Assembly (NCBI GenBank): GCA_963749655.1
Contig: CAVVOB010000021.1
Location: forward strand, 32,001 to 96,000
Direction of reading: 5' to 3'
DNA length: 64,000 nucleotides
Origin: Nitrospirota bacterium
Lineage (GTDB): Bacteria > Nitrospirota > UBA9217
Shown: in pieces, positions 43,474 to 53,617 of the stretch
Position numbering within the stretch: the first letter of the stretch is position 1
How the letters are laid out: each line of letters starts with the position of its first letter
Program-made: the position numbers and the translations under genes
Notes under the pieces: model-generated
The model's input: only the letters and a program-made list of their open reading frames with translations
Told to the model about the DNA's origin: nothing
Databases searched by the model: none

Positions 43474-43977
43474 TTACTCTTTTGCGTTCTTCTTCGCCAG
43501 CATGACCGCGCCCACCAGCCCGACCAGCAGAATGATCGACGCAACCTCAAAGGGGACCAGGTACTTCTGATACAGCAGTTCGCCGAGCTCTCTGACGCCG
43601 ACCGCCTCGACCATGGGCTTGCCGGTGTCGGCGGGAAAGGACCCGCGGGAAACCAGTATCAATATTTCTACGGCGATCAGGATGCCGAAGGCGACCAGCC
43701 AGCCCCAGAAGCGGTTCGCCCGGGGAGAAGTGCTTTCCCGATCGACATTCAGAAGCATGACGACGAACAGGTAGAGGATCATGATGGCGCCGGCATAGAC
43801 GATGAGCTGCACCGCTGCGAGGAACTCCGCATTCAGAAGCACGAAGACGCCGGCGATGTGAAAGAAGAGAAGCAGCATGAACATCACGCTGTGCACGGGA
43901 TTCCGCCTGCTTATGGTGAGCACGGCCGTAACGAGAATGACCGCGGCAAAGTAGAGGAAAATGAGCTTGTTCATCAT
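43474..43977 (-). CDS. nuoJ: NADH-quinone oxidoreductase subunit J
   Basis: NPVHS, QLIVYAGAIMIL, PFEVASI. Confidence 0.95.
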   Translation of the reverse strand: MMNKLIFLYFAAVILVTAVLTISRRNPVHSVMFMLLLFFHIAGVFVLLNAEFLAAVQLIVYAGAIMILYLFVVMLLNVDRESTSPRANRFWGWLVAFGILIAVEILILVSRGSFPADTGKPMVEAVGVRELGELLYQKYLVPFEVASIILLVGLVGAVMLAKKNAKE

Positions 43978-43978
43978 T

Positions 43979-44446
43979 TTACTTTTTTCCCGCCTTCCTG
44001 CCCATGTAGTTGTCTCCCACGGCGACGAGACGATCCCTGGTGTAGAATGCGTCCTTTCGCGAATAACAGGCCAGCTCGAACTCGGGCGTCATGAGGATGG
44101 CCGACACAGGACATGCGTCGATGCAGAAGCCGCAGAACACGCACCGGAGCAGGTCGAGTTCATAGGAGTTCACGACTTTCTGGTGCTCCGGTCCCTCGGA
44201 GGTTACGACGGTGATCGCCTTCGAGGGACAGACGGCTTCGCAGAGACCGCAGCCGATGCACGCGGCCTTCCCCTCTTCATCGCGTCGCATGGCGTGGAGC
44301 CCGCGCGATCCGGCGATCGGTTTCCGCTTGAACGTCGGGTACTGGCGGGTGACCGCCGGGGTCAGCATGGTCTTGAGCGTCAGCCACATGCCCTGGGCGA
44401 TTTCTATCAGAAAGATCGTTTTAAACAGCTTTATCACTTTGTTCAT
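43979..44446 (-). CDS. nuoI: NADH-quinone oxidoreductase subunit I
   Basis: CIGCGLCEAVCP and CVFCGFCIDACP. Confidence 0.95.
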   Translation of the reverse strand: MNKVIKLFKTIFLIEIAQGMWLTLKTMLTPAVTRQYPTFKRKPIAGSRGLHAMRRDEEGKAACIGCGLCEAVCPSKAITVVTSEGPEHQKVVNSYELDLLRCVFCGFCIDACPVSAILMTPEFELACYSRKDAFYTRDRLVAVGDNYMGRKAGKK

Positions 44447-44491
44447 TCTCGTTAACTCCTTACGCCTTACTTCTCACTCTCTCACGGCTCA

Positions 44492-45571
44492 CTACAGCCA
44501 TCCCATCTGCTTCATGCCTGCTGCGACCAGAAGCGTGCCCAGCGACAGGGGTAAAAATATCTTCCAGGATATGTTCATCAACTGGTCGTACCGGTACCGG
44601 GGCAGGGTGGCCCGCAGCCACATATAGAAGAAGATAAAGAAGTACAGCTTTCCAAAGAGCCAGAGCGTCGGGGGAATCGCTGCAAGGAGCCAGTTGATTT
44701 TCCCGATCAGCCAGAGGTGGCCGAGCGTTTTCGGAAGGATCTGCACCGGAAGCCAGCCTCCCAGGAACATGACGCTCACCAGGAGCGACACCACCATCAT
44801 GTTCACATATTCAGCCATGTAGAAAAGGCCGAACCGGATCCCGCTGTATTCCGTGAAGTATCCTGCCACCAGTTCGCTCTCGGCCTCGGGCAGGTCGAAG
44901 GGCACGCGGTTCGTTTCCGCGATGCCCGATATGAGATAGAGGAAGAACGCCACGGGACCGACGGGCAGCGCAACGATGAACCAGCGGTCCTTCTGCGCGT
45001 TGACGATATCGGTGAGGTTCAGCGAACCGGCCATGAGCACCACGGTAATGATGGCGAAGGCCATGGGAATCTCATAGCTGATCATCTGCGCTGCGGAGCG
45101 GAACCCGCCCATAAGGGAGTACTTGTTATTCGACGCCCACCCCCCCATGATCACCCCGTATGTTCCGATGCTTGAAAAGGCCAGGATATACAGGATGCCG
45201 ATGTTCAGGTTCGACACCCAAAGCGGTACATCCCGTCCGAAGATTTTCATCACCGGTCCGAAGGGAACCACGGCAATGGCCCCGAAGGCCATCACAAAAA
45301 GAATCAGCGGCGCGAGGCTGAAAAGATCCACTTGTCCGCTTTCGCGGGGATCACGTCCTCTTTCAGAAGGAATTTGACCGCATCGGCGATCGGCTGCAAG
45401 AATCCCGTGCCAGCCCGCACGCATCGGGCCGAGGCGTGATTGCATGTGCGCGAGGACCTTCCGCTCCATGTACGGCAGGTACATGATGTTGGCGATATTG
45501 AATGCCGCCAGCACGACCGCGGGAATTCCGACGGCAATCACGAATTGCATTATCTGGGTCATATCGGGCAT
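44492..45571 (-). CDS. nuoH: NADH-quinone oxidoreductase subunit H (two compensating indels at about 45320-45400)
   Basis: [33 protein letters not shown]; [15 protein letters not shown] is in an alternate frame. Confidence 0.94.
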   Translation of the reverse strand: MPDMTQIMQFVIAVGIPAVVLAAFNIANIMYLPYMERKVLAHMQSRLGPMRAGWHGILAADRRCGQIPSERGRDPRESGQVDLFSLAPLILFVMAFGAIAVVPFGPVMKIFGRDVPLWVSNLNIGILYILAFSSIGTYGVIMGGWASNNKYSLMGGFRSAAQMISYEIPMAFAIITVVLMAGSLNLTDIVNAQKDRWFIVALPVGPVAFFLYLISGIAETNRVPFDLPEAESELVAGYFTEYSGIRFGLFYMAEYVNMMVVSLLVSVMFLGGWLPVQILPKTLGHLWLIGKINWLLAAIPPTLWLFGKLYFFIFFYMWLRATLPRYRYDQLMNISWKIFLPLSLGTLLVAAGMKQMGWL

Positions 45572-45580
45572 ATCGTGCTC

Positions 45581-47704
45581 CTATGCTTCTATCTTATAAT
45601 GACGGATCGTCCCTATTTCGTGGGACCGGGTGATGGTCATGCCGGACGAAAACAGGAGGCGTTCGGCAGTGATCACCTCTTTTTTCATGATCGAATCCGA
45701 TGAGAGCGAGAGGTCCTCGGCAAGACCGGCTACCGGTGATTTTTCCCGGGCCCAGCATGCGCCCACTTTGAGATCGCTGTATAAGGGCACGGACGAGCGG
45801 ATCTCTTTCATGATATCGCCGGCAGACCCGAAATTCATGGCTCCGCCCATTTTCGCCGCAATGTCCTGGATGATCTGCCAATCCGGCCGCGACTCGCCCA
45901 CCGGCTCCTCGGCCCTGTTCAGTTGCTGAAGCCTGCGTTCGAGATTCGTAAAGGTTCCCATTTTTTCCGACGAGCTCGCCGCCGGCAGCACGACATTCGC
46001 CAGCTTGGCCGTCTCTGTCATGAAGATATCCTGCACCACGAGGAATTCGAGCCTTGCCAGGTCCTGCTTCAGACTCTGGTCGCTCCCTGCGGGATCGTCT
46101 CCCATGATATAGAGGGCCGCGATCTTGCCGCTCTTGATCGCGCCGAGCATTTCAACGGCGTTCATGCCGGGCTTGTCGGCCTTCCGGTAACCGGGCAGAT
46201 ACGCCGGGTTGATTCCCATGTCAAAGGAACCCTGGAAATTGCTGCGCCGCACCAGGGGATAGAAGGTAACGTTCTGAAGACTACCCGCGAGCGCTCTGAT
46301 CCCTGCAAGCTCCTTGTCCGAGAGCTGTGCGGGGATCACCATGGCAATGCTCTTTGCTTTCTTCAGAAGCTCGACTGCCTGTTTGGCCTCATTGCTTCCC
46401 GCTGAGGTTGACAGTGCCGCAGCCAGATCCTCGATGGCCCGGTCCGTCGTTGTGGGCAGGACCACTTTCGCGACTTTGTTGAACTTGTTGAACTCATCGT
46501 TGACGAGGATCACCTTCCGGTCCTGTTTGTTGACGGCACGGACGATCTCGATGCCGGTGAGCGGATTGATCTCTCCGATGTTCTTATCGAGGATGAGAAT
46601 GACCTCATGCTCGGCCATGCGGGACAGCTCTCCGGAAAAGAAGGTTGTATTAATGCCTTTCGGCACCTTGAGCCGGGCCAGCATGTCCACGTTGTTCGTG
46701 CCGACCACCTCGCGCAGGAACTTCTGGAACACGTAGCTGTCTTCGTTGGTGGTGCGGACCGAGCCGAGGCCGCCGATGCTGTTGGCGCCTGTCCGGCTCT
46801 TGATCACATTGAGGTTGGTCGCAATGACCGAGAGCGCCTCCTCCCAGGTGCAGTCCACCAGCTCGTTGCCCACCCGGACCTTGGGCGTCAATAGCCGCTC
46901 TGCATGATGGACCGCGTCCCAGCCGAACCTGCCCTTGGTGCAGAGATAGTTGTTCTTTGCGGGACCGACGCGCATGATCCTGCCTTCCCGCGTTTCATAG
47001 GAAACATTGCAGCCGCAGCCGCAATAGTTGCATACCGACGATGTCGCTTCGAGGTTCCACGACCGGGCCTTGTATTTGAACTGCCGCGTCGTGAGCGCGC
47101 CGACAGGGCAGATCTCGACGCACTCGCCGCAGAATTCGCAGTCCAGCGGACGGTCGAAATCGGTGCTGATGCGGGCACGCGTTCCGCGCCTTGTGAACGC
47201 CCACTCGCCCACGGCGTTCTGTTCTTCGCAGATCCGGACGCACTTGCCGCAGAGGATGCAGCGGCTGATGTTGCGCTCGATGATCGAGCTCTCGTAATCC
47301 GGCGGGAGATAGCCCTTCTCGGCGTCGAACCTGCTCGGTCCGAGTCCGTATTCGTGCACTAGGTCCTGCAGGGAGCACTCACCCGCCTTGTCGCAGACCG
47401 GACAATCGAGGGGATGCTTGATCAACAGGAGTTCCAGCACCATCTTCCTTGCTTCAATGAGCGCCGGGGAGGTGGTTTTTACGACCATATTGTCCGTGGC
47501 CGGCGTGGTGCAGGAAGGCGTGAACTTGCGCGGTGTGCCTTCAACCTCGACGAGGCATATCCTGCACGCGCCGAAGGGATGAAGCTTATTGTCGTGGCAG
47601 AGTGTCGGGACCCGCGCCCCTGCCGCGCTGCAGGCCTCAAGAATCGTCGCTCCCATCGGTACTTCAACTTTTTTTCCGTCAACCGTTACTGTCATATTTG
47701 GCAT
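45581..47704 (-). CDS. nuoG: NuoG / BfuA-like Fe-S subunit with degenerate molybdopterin-oxidoreductase domain, no H-cluster
   Basis: CRICLVE, HPLDCPVCDKAGEC, CILCGKC, CEFCGEC, CNYCGCGC. Confidence 0.88.
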   Translation of the reverse strand: MPNMTVTVDGKKVEVPMGATILEACSAAGARVPTLCHDNKLHPFGACRICLVEVEGTPRKFTPSCTTPATDNMVVKTTSPALIEARKMVLELLLIKHPLDCPVCDKAGECSLQDLVHEYGLGPSRFDAEKGYLPPDYESSIIERNISRCILCGKCVRICEEQNAVGEWAFTRRGTRARISTDFDRPLDCEFCGECVEICPVGALTTRQFKYKARSWNLEATSSVCNYCGCGCNVSYETREGRIMRVGPAKNNYLCTKGRFGWDAVHHAERLLTPKVRVGNELVDCTWEEALSVIATNLNVIKSRTGANSIGGLGSVRTTNEDSYVFQKFLREVVGTNNVDMLARLKVPKGINTTFFSGELSRMAEHEVILILDKNIGEINPLTGIEIVRAVNKQDRKVILVNDEFNKFNKVAKVVLPTTTDRAIEDLAAALSTSAGSNEAKQAVELLKKAKSIAMVIPAQLSDKELAGIRALAGSLQNVTFYPLVRRSNFQGSFDMGINPAYLPGYRKADKPGMNAVEMLGAIKSGKIAALYIMGDDPAGSDQSLKQDLARLEFLVVQDIFMTETAKLANVVLPAASSSEKMGTFTNLERRLQQLNRAEEPVGESRPDWQIIQDIAAKMGGAMNFGSAGDIMKEIRSSVPLYSDLKVGACWAREKSPVAGLAEDLSLSSDSIMKKEVITAERLLFSSGMTITRSHEIGTIRHYKIEA

Positions 47705-47755
47705 TGGTTTACCCTTTAAAGGCTGATAGCTATCGGCTGTCAGCCGTGAGCTGGT

Positions 47756-49546
47756 TTAGTCTATCGACCAGAACCGGCACGCCTTGATGCAGGACTTGCA
47801 TTTCGTGCACTTCTCCGGATCGATGTAGGCGACCTGGCCTTTTTCCCACTTGAGAGCGCCTGTCGGGCAGGCCTTGAAGCACTGGCCGCACTTCTTGCAC
47901 TTCGACTGGTCTACTACGAACTTGACGAGCGGCGTACAGACCCGGGCAGGACATTTATGGTCCTTGATATGCGCCTCGTATTCGTCGCGGAAATACCTGA
48001 TCGTAGTAAGCACCGGGTTCGGCGAGGTCTGGCCCAAACCGCAGAGCGAGGTGTCCTTGATCTGCTGGGAAAGCTGGAGCAAAAGCTCGATGTCGCCTTC
48101 GCGGCCCTCCCCGCTGGTGATGCGCTGCAGTATTGAGAGAAGGGTCTTGTTCCCTATCCTGCAGGGAACGCACTTGCCGCAGGACTCATCCTCGGTGAAT
48201 TCGAGAAAGAACTTGGCCATGGCCGGCATGCAGGTGGTTTCGTCCATCACCACCATACCGCCGGAACCCATGATCGCGCCGGTTTTGTTGATATTCTCGA
48301 AGTCCACGGGCGTGTCGATCAGGGTATGAGGGATGCAGCCGCCCGACGGTCCGCCCATCTGCACGGCCTTGAACTTTCGGTTGTTTTTGATGCCGCCGCC
48401 GATCTCGAAAATGATGGTCTTGAGCGGAGTGCCCATCGGCACTTCTACCAGGCCGATGTTGTTTAACGCGCCGGAGAGGGCGAACACCTTGGTGCCTTTG
48501 CTTTTCTCGGTCCCGAGGCTCGCGAACCAGTCCGCGCCGTGCAGGATGATCGGCGGAATGTTCGCGAAGGTTTCGACATTGTTCAGCACCGACGGCCGCT
48601 GCCACAGTCCCTTGACCGCCGGGAACGGCGGCTTGGCGCGGGGCATGCCCCGTTTGCCTTCGATGGAAGCCATGAGGGCTGTTTCCTCGCCGCACACGAA
48701 TGCGCCGGCGCCCTGGTAGATCTCGATATCGAGGTCAAAACCGGTGCCGAGGATGTCCTTGCCCAGGAGCCCATGTTCTTTTGCTGAATCGATGGCGATC
48801 TGGAGACGATGGACCGCAAGAGGATATTCGGCCCGGACATAGATATATCCGTAATGAGCGCTGATGGCCTTTGCCGCGATGATCATGCCTTCGAGGACGG
48901 AATGGGGGTCGGCTTCCATGACGCTCCGGTCCATGAATGCACCCGGGTCGCCTTCGTCGCCGTTGCACAATATATATTTGATCTCGCCGGGAACACGGGC
49001 GCAGAGCTCCCATTTGAGGCCGGTAAGGAATCCGGCGCCGCCCCTGCCGCGAAGCCCCGACTTCTTCATTTCGGTCACGATCTGCTCGGGGGTCATCTCG
49101 GTGAGCGCTTTAGCCGCAGCCATGTACCCGTCGCGGGCGATATACTCCTCGATCTTTTCGGCGTCGATGAGACTTCTGTTCCGGAGGGCGCGGAGCACCT
49201 GGTGCTTGAAGAACGGGATCTCGTTCATCACCGGGATCGTTTTCTTTTCCGCCGGCGGCGTGTACAGGAATTTCTGAACCGGCCGTCCCTTGATGAAGTG
49301 CTCTTCCACCAGATGCGGAACATCTTCGGGCTTTACGAGCTGATAGAAAATGTCCTCGGGATAGACCACCATGACCGGGCCTTTGGCGCAGAAGCCGTTG
49401 CACCCCGTCAGGACTATCTTGACCTCGTTCTGCAGGTTTCGCTTGATGAGTTCGGTCTCAAGCGCGTCCTTCACCTTGAGCGAGCCGTTTGCAACGCAAC
49501 CCGTTCCGGCGCAGATCATTATGTTTGAGCGGTATGTCGTCTCCAC
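47756..49546 (-). CDS. nuoF: NuoF of the HydB/BfuB type (N-terminal 2Fe-2S, FMN/NAD domain, C-terminal 2[4Fe-4S])
   Basis: CAGTGC...GCNGFC, GRGGAGF, DEGDPGAFMDR, GAFVCGEE, GGPSG, ESCGKCVPC, two C-terminal CxxCxxCxxxC. Confidence 0.92.
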   Translation of the reverse strand: METTYRSNIMICAGTGCVANGSLKVKDALETELIKRNLQNEVKIVLTGCNGFCAKGPVMVVYPEDIFYQLVKPEDVPHLVEEHFIKGRPVQKFLYTPPAEKKTIPVMNEIPFFKHQVLRALRNRSLIDAEKIEEYIARDGYMAAAKALTEMTPEQIVTEMKKSGLRGRGGAGFLTGLKWELCARVPGEIKYILCNGDEGDPGAFMDRSVMEADPHSVLEGMIIAAKAISAHYGYIYVRAEYPLAVHRLQIAIDSAKEHGLLGKDILGTGFDLDIEIYQGAGAFVCGEETALMASIEGKRGMPRAKPPFPAVKGLWQRPSVLNNVETFANIPPIILHGADWFASLGTEKSKGTKVFALSGALNNIGLVEVPMGTPLKTIIFEIGGGIKNNRKFKAVQMGGPSGGCIPHTLIDTPVDFENINKTGAIMGSGGMVVMDETTCMPAMAKFFLEFTEDESCGKCVPCRIGNKTLLSILQRITSGEGREGDIELLLQLSQQIKDTSLCGLGQTSPNPVLTTIRYFRDEYEAHIKDHKCPARVCTPLVKFVVDQSKCKKCGQCFKACPTGALKWEKGQVAYIDPEKCTKCKSCIKACRFWSID

Positions 49547-49611
49547 GTTACCTTACCCCGTTTTACCGTTTAAACTGTTTGATCGGATCAAACGGCTTAA
49601 ACCGAATTTAC

Positions 49612-49989
49612 TCAGTACGTCGTTTCATGCCCAACGACCAGAGCGTACTCCTTGACCGGCTTTCCGCCTACCACATGTTCGGCAAATATCTTGCGCGTTT
49701 TTTCTTCGGTCAGTGCAATGTACTTCACCGGGGGCTCGCCGACCAGCTCGATGGTCGCCATCGGCTCCTGGCTGCAGAGGCCGGCGCAGCCCGACGTCGT
49801 TATCGCAACGTCTTTGAGGCCGGCCTTGCCGAGCTCTTCCATGACGGTGTTCATGATGGCACGGGCGCCTGCCGCGATTCCGCAGGTCCCCATGTGCACC
49901 GTTATCTTGACCCTGAACCCGCCTTCACGCAGTCCCTGGTGGTATTCTTCCTTGATCCGCTTCAAATCAGCAATCGTCAGTTTAGCCAT
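49612..49989 (-). CDS. HndB/HydD-like thioredoxin-fold 2Fe-2S protein
   Basis: VHMGTCGIAAGAR, SGCAGLCSQEPM. Confidence 0.88.
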   Translation of the reverse strand: MAKLTIADLKRIKEEYHQGLREGGFRVKITVHMGTCGIAAGARAIMNTVMEELGKAGLKDVAITTSGCAGLCSQEPMATIELVGEPPVKYIALTEEKTRKIFAEHVVGGKPVKEYALVVGHETTY

Positions 49990-50043
49990 GTTTGTCCATC
50001 CTTATTAATCCGCATTCCGAATTCAGCATTCCGAATTCAGAAA

Positions 50044-50553
50044 CTACTCGTACTTCTTGACGATGTCCATCACCTTCGTCGCGGCTACGTCGCCGTACGT
50101 ATCCTGACCGATCACCACGACGGGAGCGAGTCCGCAGGCACCGAGACACCGCACGGCCTCGAGCGAATATTTCTTGTCCCGGGTGATCTCGCCGACCTCG
50201 ATGTCCAGCTCATCTTTCAGCTTGTCGAGGATCTCCTCGCTTCGTTTCACGTAGCATGCCGTTCCCAGGCATACCCGGATGACGTGTTTGCCACGCGGAA
50301 CGAGGGTGAAAAATGAATAGAACGTTGCCACGCCGAAGACCACGCTGGGAGACATCTTCATCCCCTTGGCGATGTAGCGCTGCACGGCGTGCGGAAGATA
50401 ACCGCATACATCCTGTGCCTGTTGAAGCACGGGGATGAGCGAACCGGGCTTGTCCTTGTAGCGCTCGACGATTGCGTCGATCTTCCGGTACTGCTCGGGC
50501 GAGAAGCTGTCTGGAGGAGCTATGGGTTGTGCAACGGTATCGTTACTCATCAT
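50044..50553 (-). CDS. nuoE: NuoE / HydC-like 2Fe-2S subunit
   Basis: GVATFYSFF, VCLGTACYVK, CLGACGLAP. Confidence 0.92.
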   Translation of the reverse strand: MMSNDTVAQPIAPPDSFSPEQYRKIDAIVERYKDKPGSLIPVLQQAQDVCGYLPHAVQRYIAKGMKMSPSVVFGVATFYSFFTLVPRGKHVIRVCLGTACYVKRSEEILDKLKDELDIEVGEITRDKKYSLEAVRCLGACGLAPVVVIGQDTYGDVAATKVMDIVKKYE

Positions 50554-50582
50554 CTACCTCTTTTTTACCGTGGTAAACGGGG

Positions 50583-51116
50583 CTATTTGATTTTTATCTC
50601 TTCCCGCAGCAGCCCCCGAATGGCATTGAGCGCTTCTGCGGCATTGATCGGCACATCATCCAGTTCCGCCTTGATGTCACGGGTGTCGAACCGGAAGGTG
50701 CAGTCATGATCCTGTTCGACATAGAGGACATCGATTCCCGGATGCCCCGCAATCAAGGCGATCAATGTATCGGCAATATTCCCGATTGCCGGGCGGTCGA
50801 CATTGCTCCAGCCGAAGGTAACCGCCACCTGCGTCCCTGCGCCCGGCTGAGAATCTATGGCCAAGGTACCGCCGGCCATTTCTGCTGCCTGGGCCAGGAA
50901 CGGGATGCCGAGGCCCGTCTTCTTGCCCTTGGTGGTGAAGAAAGGATCCCGGACCCGGGCAAGCGTCCCCGCATCCATCCCTCTTCCATTGTCCACCACC
51001 TCGATGCGGAGCAGGTCCTTTCCGATGTCCCTGCTGACATTGATCGTTATCAGCGTTGCATCGGCCCGGATCGAATTTTCGGCGATATCCAGGATGTGCA
51101 AAGAGAGGTCCTGCAC
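50583..51116 (-). CDS. Stand-alone HATPase_c protein of the type found in [FeFe]-hydrogenase operons
   Basis: DLSLHILDIAENSI, DNGRGM, DPFFTTK, GLGIPFL. Confidence 0.88.
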   Translation of the reverse strand: MQDLSLHILDIAENSIRADATLITINVSRDIGKDLLRIEVVDNGRGMDAGTLARVRDPFFTTKGKKTGLGIPFLAQAAEMAGGTLAIDSQPGAGTQVAVTFGWSNVDRPAIGNIADTLIALIAGHPGIDVLYVEQDHDCTFRFDTRDIKAELDDVPINAAEALNAIRGLLREEIKIK

Positions 51117-51120
51117 CGCT

Positions 51121-51867
51121 TCAGCACTCGAACTTTCTGCCGTCCCTGCCCGTTAATGCCTTCTTGATTTCGTCTACCGTACCGTCTGCAACCGTGAACC
51201 ACGTAAAACGTTTGCCCACATCGTCGGGGCTGTGAGCATCGGAAGAGGTAATGATCGGGTACTTCCCGCAATCCGGGAACCGCTCCACGAGCTTGTCCGG
51301 GACGGATTGAGCCGAAACCTCGACAGCATCCAGTCCCAGAGAAGGAGGTATGAACCCGAGCTGCCCGATCAAGCTGAAGGACTCCCGGTCCACATGAGCT
51401 GCAATCACGAGGCTTCCGCCCCTCGCCGCCCTCGCTGCCGCTACGATTTTCTCTGCCGGCAGCGCCGTGGCCGCGATCAGCAGCCGGTCACAAAACCCGC
51501 TTACTCCATCCTCATCGTCCGCGATCACCTGCAAGCCGAAACTGTGTTCGTCATTGGACCCGCTCAGATTTCCATAAATAAGCTTCTGAAAGTCCAGCAG
51601 ATCCTCGTCATCTTCAAAGAACGTCAGGATGTGAGCCTCTTCCGAGGAGGTGACCTCCATCCCGCCCAGCACCATCAGTCCGTTCCGTTTGCCGGCCTTT
51701 TTCACGGCCAGGACGTTTTCCGCCGAGTTGTGGTCGCAGACGCCGATGAGGTCGATGCCCTTCTGGAGGGCTGCATTCACTACTTCACGCGGCGACATAT
51801 CCAGATCAGAGCAGGGAGACAGACACGTATGGACGTGCAGATCGGCCTTAATGCGCCTAAGCGCCAC
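51121..51867 (-). CDS. PHP-domain phosphoesterase
   Basis: ADLHVHTCLSPC, CDHNS, AAHVDR, SSDAH; GTG start overlaps the upstream gene. Confidence 0.88.
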   Translation of the reverse strand: MALRRIKADLHVHTCLSPCSDLDMSPREVVNAALQKGIDLIGVCDHNSAENVLAVKKAGKRNGLMVLGGMEVTSSEEAHILTFFEDDEDLLDFQKLIYGNLSGSNDEHSFGLQVIADDEDGVSGFCDRLLIAATALPAEKIVAAARAARGGSLVIAAHVDRESFSLIGQLGFIPPSLGLDAVEVSAQSVPDKLVERFPDCGKYPIITSSDAHSPDDVGKRFTWFTVADGTVDEIKKALTGRDGRKFEC

Positions 51868-52198
51868 GGATTCCCGCCTTGTACAGTCTGCCCACAAGCT
51901 CGAACGCCGACAGGTCGGTGACCATGATGGGAATCTGCTCTGCCTCGGCTTTTGCCACTGTGTCCTGTTCCGGAGACCTGCCCTGAACCAGCACGATTCC
52001 CGCCAGACCTTTGTGCGACGCCACTGCAACGATATTCTGATGGATGTGAAGAGTGACCCACAAGACGCCGTCATCGGCATGAGCCAGAACGTCCGAGAGA
52101 AGGTCGCTCACATACCCCCCGGATACTTCGGTATCGAGGTTTCCGGCACCTGCCTTCACGTCCAGACCGAACTCTTTTACGAGATCACTCAGCTTCAT
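51857..52198 (-). CDS. DRTGG domain protein
   Basis: GGYVSDLLSDVL, LWVT...HQNIVAVA. Confidence 0.85.
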   Translation of the reverse strand: MKLSDLVKEFGLDVKAGAGNLDTEVSGGYVSDLLSDVLAHADDGVLWVTLHIHQNIVAVASHKGLAGIVLVQGRSPEQDTVAKAEAEQIPIMVTDLSAFELVGRLYKAGIRGA

Positions 52199-52287
52199 GG
52201 ATGGTGGCGCCCTTCTTGCGGAGACCGACGGTTCTCTGGCTGACCGGTCGTCCCGCTGTCCCGCCGGCATCGTGCCGTATCAGGGAA

Positions 52288-53241
52288 TCAGCTCGTATAG
52301 TAAAATTGCATGGTCAAATGCGTTCCGTCCGGGACCGAGGATTTCAGCTCCATTTCATCGGCGCATTTTTTCATGTTCACCAGCCCCATGCCCGCGCCGA
52401 ATCCCAGTTCCCTGACCCACTCCGGTGCCGTCGAGTAGCCCGGTTGCATCGCTTTTTCAACATCCGGGATCCCGGGTCCGCTGTCCACGGCCTCTACGAT
52501 GATCCCCCACTTCTCTACCTGCGCCCTGATCTGGCCGCCCTTGGTGTATGAGGCAAGATTGATCTCGGCTTCATACGTTGCAACGCCGATCCGGCGGAGG
52601 AGCGGCGGACAGACACCCAGCTTCTTGAGCGCGTTCTTCAGTTCACTCGCCGCCTTTCCCGCCTCTTTCAAGGTCTGGCCGGCGACGTTGTATCTGAACG
52701 CAAAACTTATTTCATCGGCGGAGACGTCCTCGAAAAACTTCCTCATCGTCGGACGGTGACGGGTCAACGCCGCCTTTGTTTCAGACTGTTCGTACTCTAC
52801 TTCAAGCTTTCGCAGCAGGCCTTCGACAATGCTTCCCTTGGTAATGATCCCTACCAGCCGATCCTGCCGGTCCAGAACCGGGTATCGCCGGTACCCCAGC
52901 TTGGAAAACTTGGCAATGCAGTGAACAAGCAGCTCATCGGTATACAGACATTCGACCTTGGGCTTCATCCGCTCCCGCACGGGAGTATTGATAGCATTAT
53001 CATACAGGGCATTGATCAGGTCTTCGATGCTGACCATGCCTACCAGTTTGCCGTTCTCGACAACCGGCGTTCCGGAAATCCGATTGTCCCGCAGGAGGAT
53101 CCGGAACTCCGCCATGGTCTGCTCAGGCCCGACGGTGACCATCTTGGGGGCCATGACTTCGCCGACGGTGATCTCATAGACCATCTCCTGCGTCTTGGTC
53201 ACCCGGTCGAGTGTTCCTTGATCTTTGCCCTGCTGTTCCAT
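52288..53241 (-). CDS. CBS-pair plus RsbT-like anti-sigma/Ser-Thr kinase fusion
   Basis: ISGTPVV and YPVLD CBS repeats; YEAEIN, DSGPGIPDV, GFGAGMGL. Confidence 0.85.
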   Translation of the reverse strand: MEQQGKDQGTLDRVTKTQEMVYEITVGEVMAPKMVTVGPEQTMAEFRILLRDNRISGTPVVENGKLVGMVSIEDLINALYDNAINTPVRERMKPKVECLYTDELLVHCIAKFSKLGYRRYPVLDRQDRLVGIITKGSIVEGLLRKLEVEYEQSETKAALTRHRPTMRKFFEDVSADEISFAFRYNVAGQTLKEAGKAASELKNALKKLGVCPPLLRRIGVATYEAEINLASYTKGGQIRAQVEKWGIIVEAVDSGPGIPDVEKAMQPGYSTAPEWVRELGFGAGMGLVNMKKCADEMELKSSVPDGTHLTMQFYYTS

Positions 53242-53245
53242 CAGA

Positions 53246-53602
53246 CTATTGCCGCTCTTCCACTCCCCGCAGGCCGCTCATATACAGGATGCCGCATGCT
53301 TCGAACATGGTCAGCTTGGTAATGAAAAGCGGGATATCTTTCTGTTTTGCGAGGGCCACGGTTTCAGATTCCGGCAGCTTCCCCCGCACGACGCAGACCG
53401 CTTTGATATCTGCGATATCAGCAGTCCGTACCGCCTGGGGATTGGTGATCCCCGTAATCAGGATGCCGTTCGCATGGTTCCTGCCGAGCACGTCGCTCAT
53501 AAGGTCGGCACTGAAGCACCGGTCCACCTCAATCTCGTCCAGGAGACCCTCGCCGACGAGAACCTGCGCCTGAAGAAGGTTGATGATTTCTCTCAATATC
53601 AT
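53246..53602 (-). CDS. DRTGG domain protein
   Basis: SADLMSDVL, ITGITNPQAVRTA, MFEACGILY. Confidence 0.85.
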   Translation of the reverse strand: MILREIINLLQAQVLVGEGLLDEIEVDRCFSADLMSDVLGRNHANGILITGITNPQAVRTADIADIKAVCVVRGKLPESETVALAKQKDIPLFITKLTMFEACGILYMSGLRGVEERQ

Positions 53603-53617
53603 CCACGTCCCTCTCCG

